64,000 bases of DNA from Planctomycetota bacterium (GTDB taxonomy: Bacteria; Planctomycetota; Planctomycetia; Pirellulales; UBA1268): assembly GCA_031403195.1 (NCBI GenBank), contig JANNSZ010000075.1, positions 2,791 through 66,790 of the forward strand, read 5' to 3'. Shown piece by piece: positions 61,177 through 64,000 of this stretch; the stretch's first letter is position 1, and each line of letters begins with the position of its first letter. A program made the translations under genes and the position numbers. A model generated the notes under the pieces. The model was not told the DNA's origin, ran no database searches, and was given only the letters and a program-made list of their open reading frames with translations.

Positions 61177-62517
61177 ATGACCACCCGCGCGAACGAAACA
61201 CCATCGCCGTCGTCGCCACGATCGGCGCTCCTCGTCGTATTCCTGACCGTCTTTATCGATCTGCTCGGTTTTGGAATCGTACTCCCCGTGCTCCCGCGGC
61301 AGGTGACGCCATACCTGGAGGCCGTTGGCCTGTCGCCACTCGATGGCGGCGCCGGCGGCGCGGCAATCGGCGTCCTGTTTGCTGTGTTCTCTCTCATGCA
61401 GTTCGTCTTCAGCCCAATCTGGGGGCGGATCTCCGATCGCATCGGCCGGCGTCCGATTCTGCTCCTGAGCCTGAGTGGCTCCGTCGTGTTCTACGCGCTG
61501 TATGGCTATGCCGTGAGCATGCCGGTGGAGCCCGCTCCGACTCGCTCCGTGGCGCTGGCTGCCCTGGGGCTTGTGCTCCTGGCCCGGGTGGGCGCCGGTA
61601 TCGCGGGAGCGAGCGTCGGCACAGCCGCCGCCGTCATCGCCGACTGCACAACACCGGAGAACCGTGCCCGCGGCATGGCCCTCATCGGCATTGCCTTTGG
61701 CGGTGGCTTCACGCTCGGTCCACTGATTGCCTACTTTGGGATGAAGCTCTTCGACGAGGCGCGGTGGAGCGTGGGCGCCATTGCCGCGATCCTCTCGGGC
61801 ATCGCGCTGTGCATCGCGGTGTTCGTCTTTCCGGAAACCCGCCAGCCCGGAGCCCGTGCCGCGAAAGAGTTTCCGAGCGTCACGAGGAGCCTGGCAGTGC
61901 TGCGGACGCCCACCATCGGCGTCCTCGTGCTCGTCTACTTTCTGGCAATCGTGGCGATGGCGGGCTTTGAGTCGACCCTGGCCCTCTTCACGGAAAAGGC
62001 CTTCGGCATGGGAGACGACTCGAACTTCCTGGTCTTTGCCTCGATTGGATTCGTGCTCATGCTCGCCGGCGGCGGATACCGTCCCCTGGCGAAGCGGATC
62101 TCCGAGCGGCGGCTCCTGGCGTCGGGCGTCGGGCTCATGCTCGGCGGGCTGACGATGCTGGCCGTGGTGGCCGCGCTGGTGACCGGGCGGGGCGCGGTGG
62201 CGGCTGCCGGTGACTCCCTGCGATTCGGGTTCTATGCAGCCGCGGCGCTCACGGTCATTGGCTTCGCGTTCGTCAATCCATCGGTCTCGGCGCTCATCTC
62301 ACGGCGAACCGATCGCGATCGTCAGGGCGAAGTGCTGGGCGTGAATCAGTCGTTCGCCTCGCTGGGGCGAATCGTGGGGCCGCTGATGGGAATGAGTCTG
62401 TTCTCGCTGCATCCATCCCGCGTTCTGCCCTATGCCGCATCAGCCATGATCCTGCTGGCTGTGGCGGCGCTCATGCCTCGGATCACGGAGGAGCCGGGGG
62501 AGACTCCCCCCGCGTGA
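61177..62517 (+). CDS. MFS transporter (drug:H+ antiporter / Tet-like subfamily)
   Basis: FLTVFIDLLGFGIVLPVLP, motif A (GRISDRIGRRPILL), 12 TM helices. Confidence 0.8.
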   Translation: MTTRANETPSPSSPRSALLVVFLTVFIDLLGFGIVLPVLPRQVTPYLEAVGLSPLDGGAGGAAIGVLFAVFSLMQFVFSPIWGRISDRIGRRPILLLSLSGSVVFYALYGYAVSMPVEPAPTRSVALAALGLVLLARVGAGIAGASVGTAAAVIADCTTPENRARGMALIGIAFGGGFTLGPLIAYFGMKLFDEARWSVGAIAAILSGIALCIAVFVFPETRQPGARAAKEFPSVTRSLAVLRTPTIGVLVLVYFLAIVAMAGFESTLALFTEKAFGMGDDSNFLVFASIGFVLMLAGGGYRPLAKRISERRLLASGVGLMLGGLTMLAVVAALVTGRGAVAAAGDSLRFGFYAAAALTVIGFAFVNPSVSALISRRTDRDRQGEVLGVNQSFASLGRIVGPLMGMSLFSLHPSRVLPYAASAMILLAVAALMPRITEEPGETPPA

Positions 62518-63685
62518 GCCCCCAGGAGTCGAGCTTCCGGTAGAGCGTGGCCCGGCTGATGCCCAGCGCAACTGCGGCATCCGGAACGCTTCCGCCGGAC
62601 CTTCGCAGGGCTTCGACGACGAGCGCCCGCTGCCATTCCGCAATCCGCAGCGAACCAGAGCCGCTTGGCACCTGGGGGGCAGCCGGACCAGCTGAGCCGA
62701 TCCCGATTGCCGCGAGATCAGCGCCCGTCAGCGCGATCGTGCCCCCAAAGCGGTCATCGTCGTCAGCGACGGCGCTATCATCGTCAAGCGGATCGGTCTC
62801 GACGGCATCCACGCTCGCTCTAGCCCCCGACGCAGCAGCAAAACTCGCGAGCATCACCAGGACATCGAAGTCAGCCTCCCGCATGATGCCAGGCGGGGCT
62901 GCGGCGACGAGCAACGCTCGACCGGAAGTGCCCAAGAGAATCGGCACGGCAGCAACATCAGCGGTGCCCAATGACATCCATGCCGCGTGACCAGCGGCAA
63001 TCTCCCTTGCGAGGGTGCCTACCAGAAGGGGCTCAAGCCCGTTTCCTGGAGGCACGACACAGACCGGCTGCGGGCGGCCCGATGGCGCGAGGGTGAACCA
63101 GCCGAACCTGGTCGCGGCCGTGAATTCAGTGGCGAGCTCGAGCGTCGTGCAGACGACCTGCCAGGGAGACGTGTTGGCCAGGAGCCGGATCCCCGACTGG
63201 TACAAGAGCATGGGCCAGCGGGCATCCTCAGCTGAGGCTGTCATCCGTGTGAGTACCATCCCCTGTAGTTCGTCGGGTGGACCGTGCCGCACAAGGTGGC
63301 CCGTATCAGTCGACGCCACGGCCGCATCGGTCGCCACCTTGGTGCGAAACTCCAACTCCGTCGTGCCGACGCGGATGACCTGCCTATCGGCCAGGCTCGC
63401 CTCGCGGATTTGCACTCCATCAAGCCATGTGCCGTTGCGGCTGTCGAGGTCCCGCAGCGACCACGTGGCCGTAGCGGCGTCATACGTCATGGCGGCATGA
63501 CGTCGGCTTGCCAGGCGGTCGGCCAGCACGACGAGAGACGTGGCCCCGCGACCGATGACGTTGTCGGTGCTGGGGTCGAGCTGAAAGGCGGGCCCCGAAC
63601 GGCTCGCGATCCGGAGGATGACGACGGCAGAGTCCGGAGGTAACCGACCGGACTCGGCGGCCGGTACGAGAGCAGAGGCAGGCAA
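62483..63685 (-). CDS. FHA domain / GAF-like / Fis-type HTH transcriptional regulator (no AAA+ module)
   Basis: N-terminal FHA domain (NVIGRG...ASRRHAAMTYD...WSLRDLDSRNGTWLDG...TELEF). The central region of about 200 aa has no Walker motifs. The C-terminus is an HTH_8 (EWQRALVVEALRRSGGSVPDAAVALGISRATLYRKL). Confidence 0.65.
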   Translation of the reverse strand: MPASALVPAAESGRLPPDSAVVILRIASRSGPAFQLDPSTDNVIGRGATSLVVLADRLASRRHAAMTYDAATATWSLRDLDSRNGTWLDGVQIREASLADRQVIRVGTTELEFRTKVATDAAVASTDTGHLVRHGPPDELQGMVLTRMTASAEDARWPMLLYQSGIRLLANTSPWQVVCTTLELATEFTAATRFGWFTLAPSGRPQPVCVVPPGNGLEPLLVGTLAREIAAGHAAWMSLGTADVAAVPILLGTSGRALLVAAAPPGIMREADFDVLVMLASFAAASGARASVDAVETDPLDDDSAVADDDDRFGGTIALTGADLAAIGIGSAGPAAPQVPSGSGSLRIAEWQRALVVEALRRSGGSVPDAAVALGISRATLYRKLDSWGLTRGESPPAPP

Positions 63686-63786
63686 GGCTGGTTCCAGGGG
63701 CGGCTGTGTTCGTCGCGGGGCCGTCTAATATAGGAGGGAGTTCGATTTCTAGAACGCCCACCGGAAGAGTGGCTTCCACGGGCCAC

Positions 63787-64000
63787 ATGAGCGTCGCCGC
63801 CGGGAAGGTCGCCTGCCGTATGAAACCCTGCCACGGTCACACTCCTGCGGCCCCAGGCACGCCGTCTGCTGTGTTCCAGCCAGGCGTCGGCATCCTCGTC
63901 GTGGGGCACGGGACGGCCGACCCGATCGGGGTCGCGGAGACCCGCAGCGTGGCCGAGCAGGTGGCTGCGCGGGTGCCGGGGGTGCCCGTGGCCCTCGGTT
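63787..64000 (+). CDS. Possible CbiX/SirB-type chelatase, N-terminal fragment (runs off window)
   Basis: The frame is open from the ATG at 63787 to the window end. GILVVGHGTADPIGVAETRSVAEQV resembles the CbiX N-terminus (VGHGSRD-type). Only about 70 aa are visible. Confidence 0.4.
   Translation, partial: MSVAAGKVACRMKPCHGHTPAAPGTPSAVFQPGVGILVVGHGTADPIGVAETRSVAEQVAARVPGVPVALG

Overview
Very GC-rich bacterial chromosome. The lineage is most likely Planctomycetota, because it carries a DUF1549/DUF1553 + DUF1501 gene pair, a Minf_1886-family protein, many Pro-rich secreted proteins and a SecDF fusion. The window is mostly core housekeeping. It holds the 3' end of the ribosomal-protein/secY cluster (secY-adk-map-rpmJ-rpsM-rpsK-rpsD-rpoA-rplQ), then speA, nadE, pckA, gyrA, ugd, a membrane pyrophosphatase, tgt-yajC-secDF, tilS, dapF and dnaA. 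A minus-strand xseA-xseB-ispA-dxs-nadK operon follows. Interspersed are transporters (one MATE, two MFS), an ArnC/ArnT-like glycosylation operon (GT2 plus two GT39 paralogues) and several lineage-restricted hypothetical envelope proteins. I found no rRNA, tRNA, CRISPR array, transposase, integrase, prophage or recognisable defence genes. I do not see a convincing novel multi-gene system. The least explained signals are non-coding. One is a perfect 10/11-bp tandem repeat array after rplQ. The other is a two-copy, about 135-bp nested-palindrome element, with weaker homology extending to about 320 bp, in two unusually long intergenic regions. Many long ORFs in the six-frame track are antisense or overlapping artefacts of the high GC content and were not called. 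Functions are assigned by reading motifs in the translations, not by database search. Start codons are the least certain coordinates.
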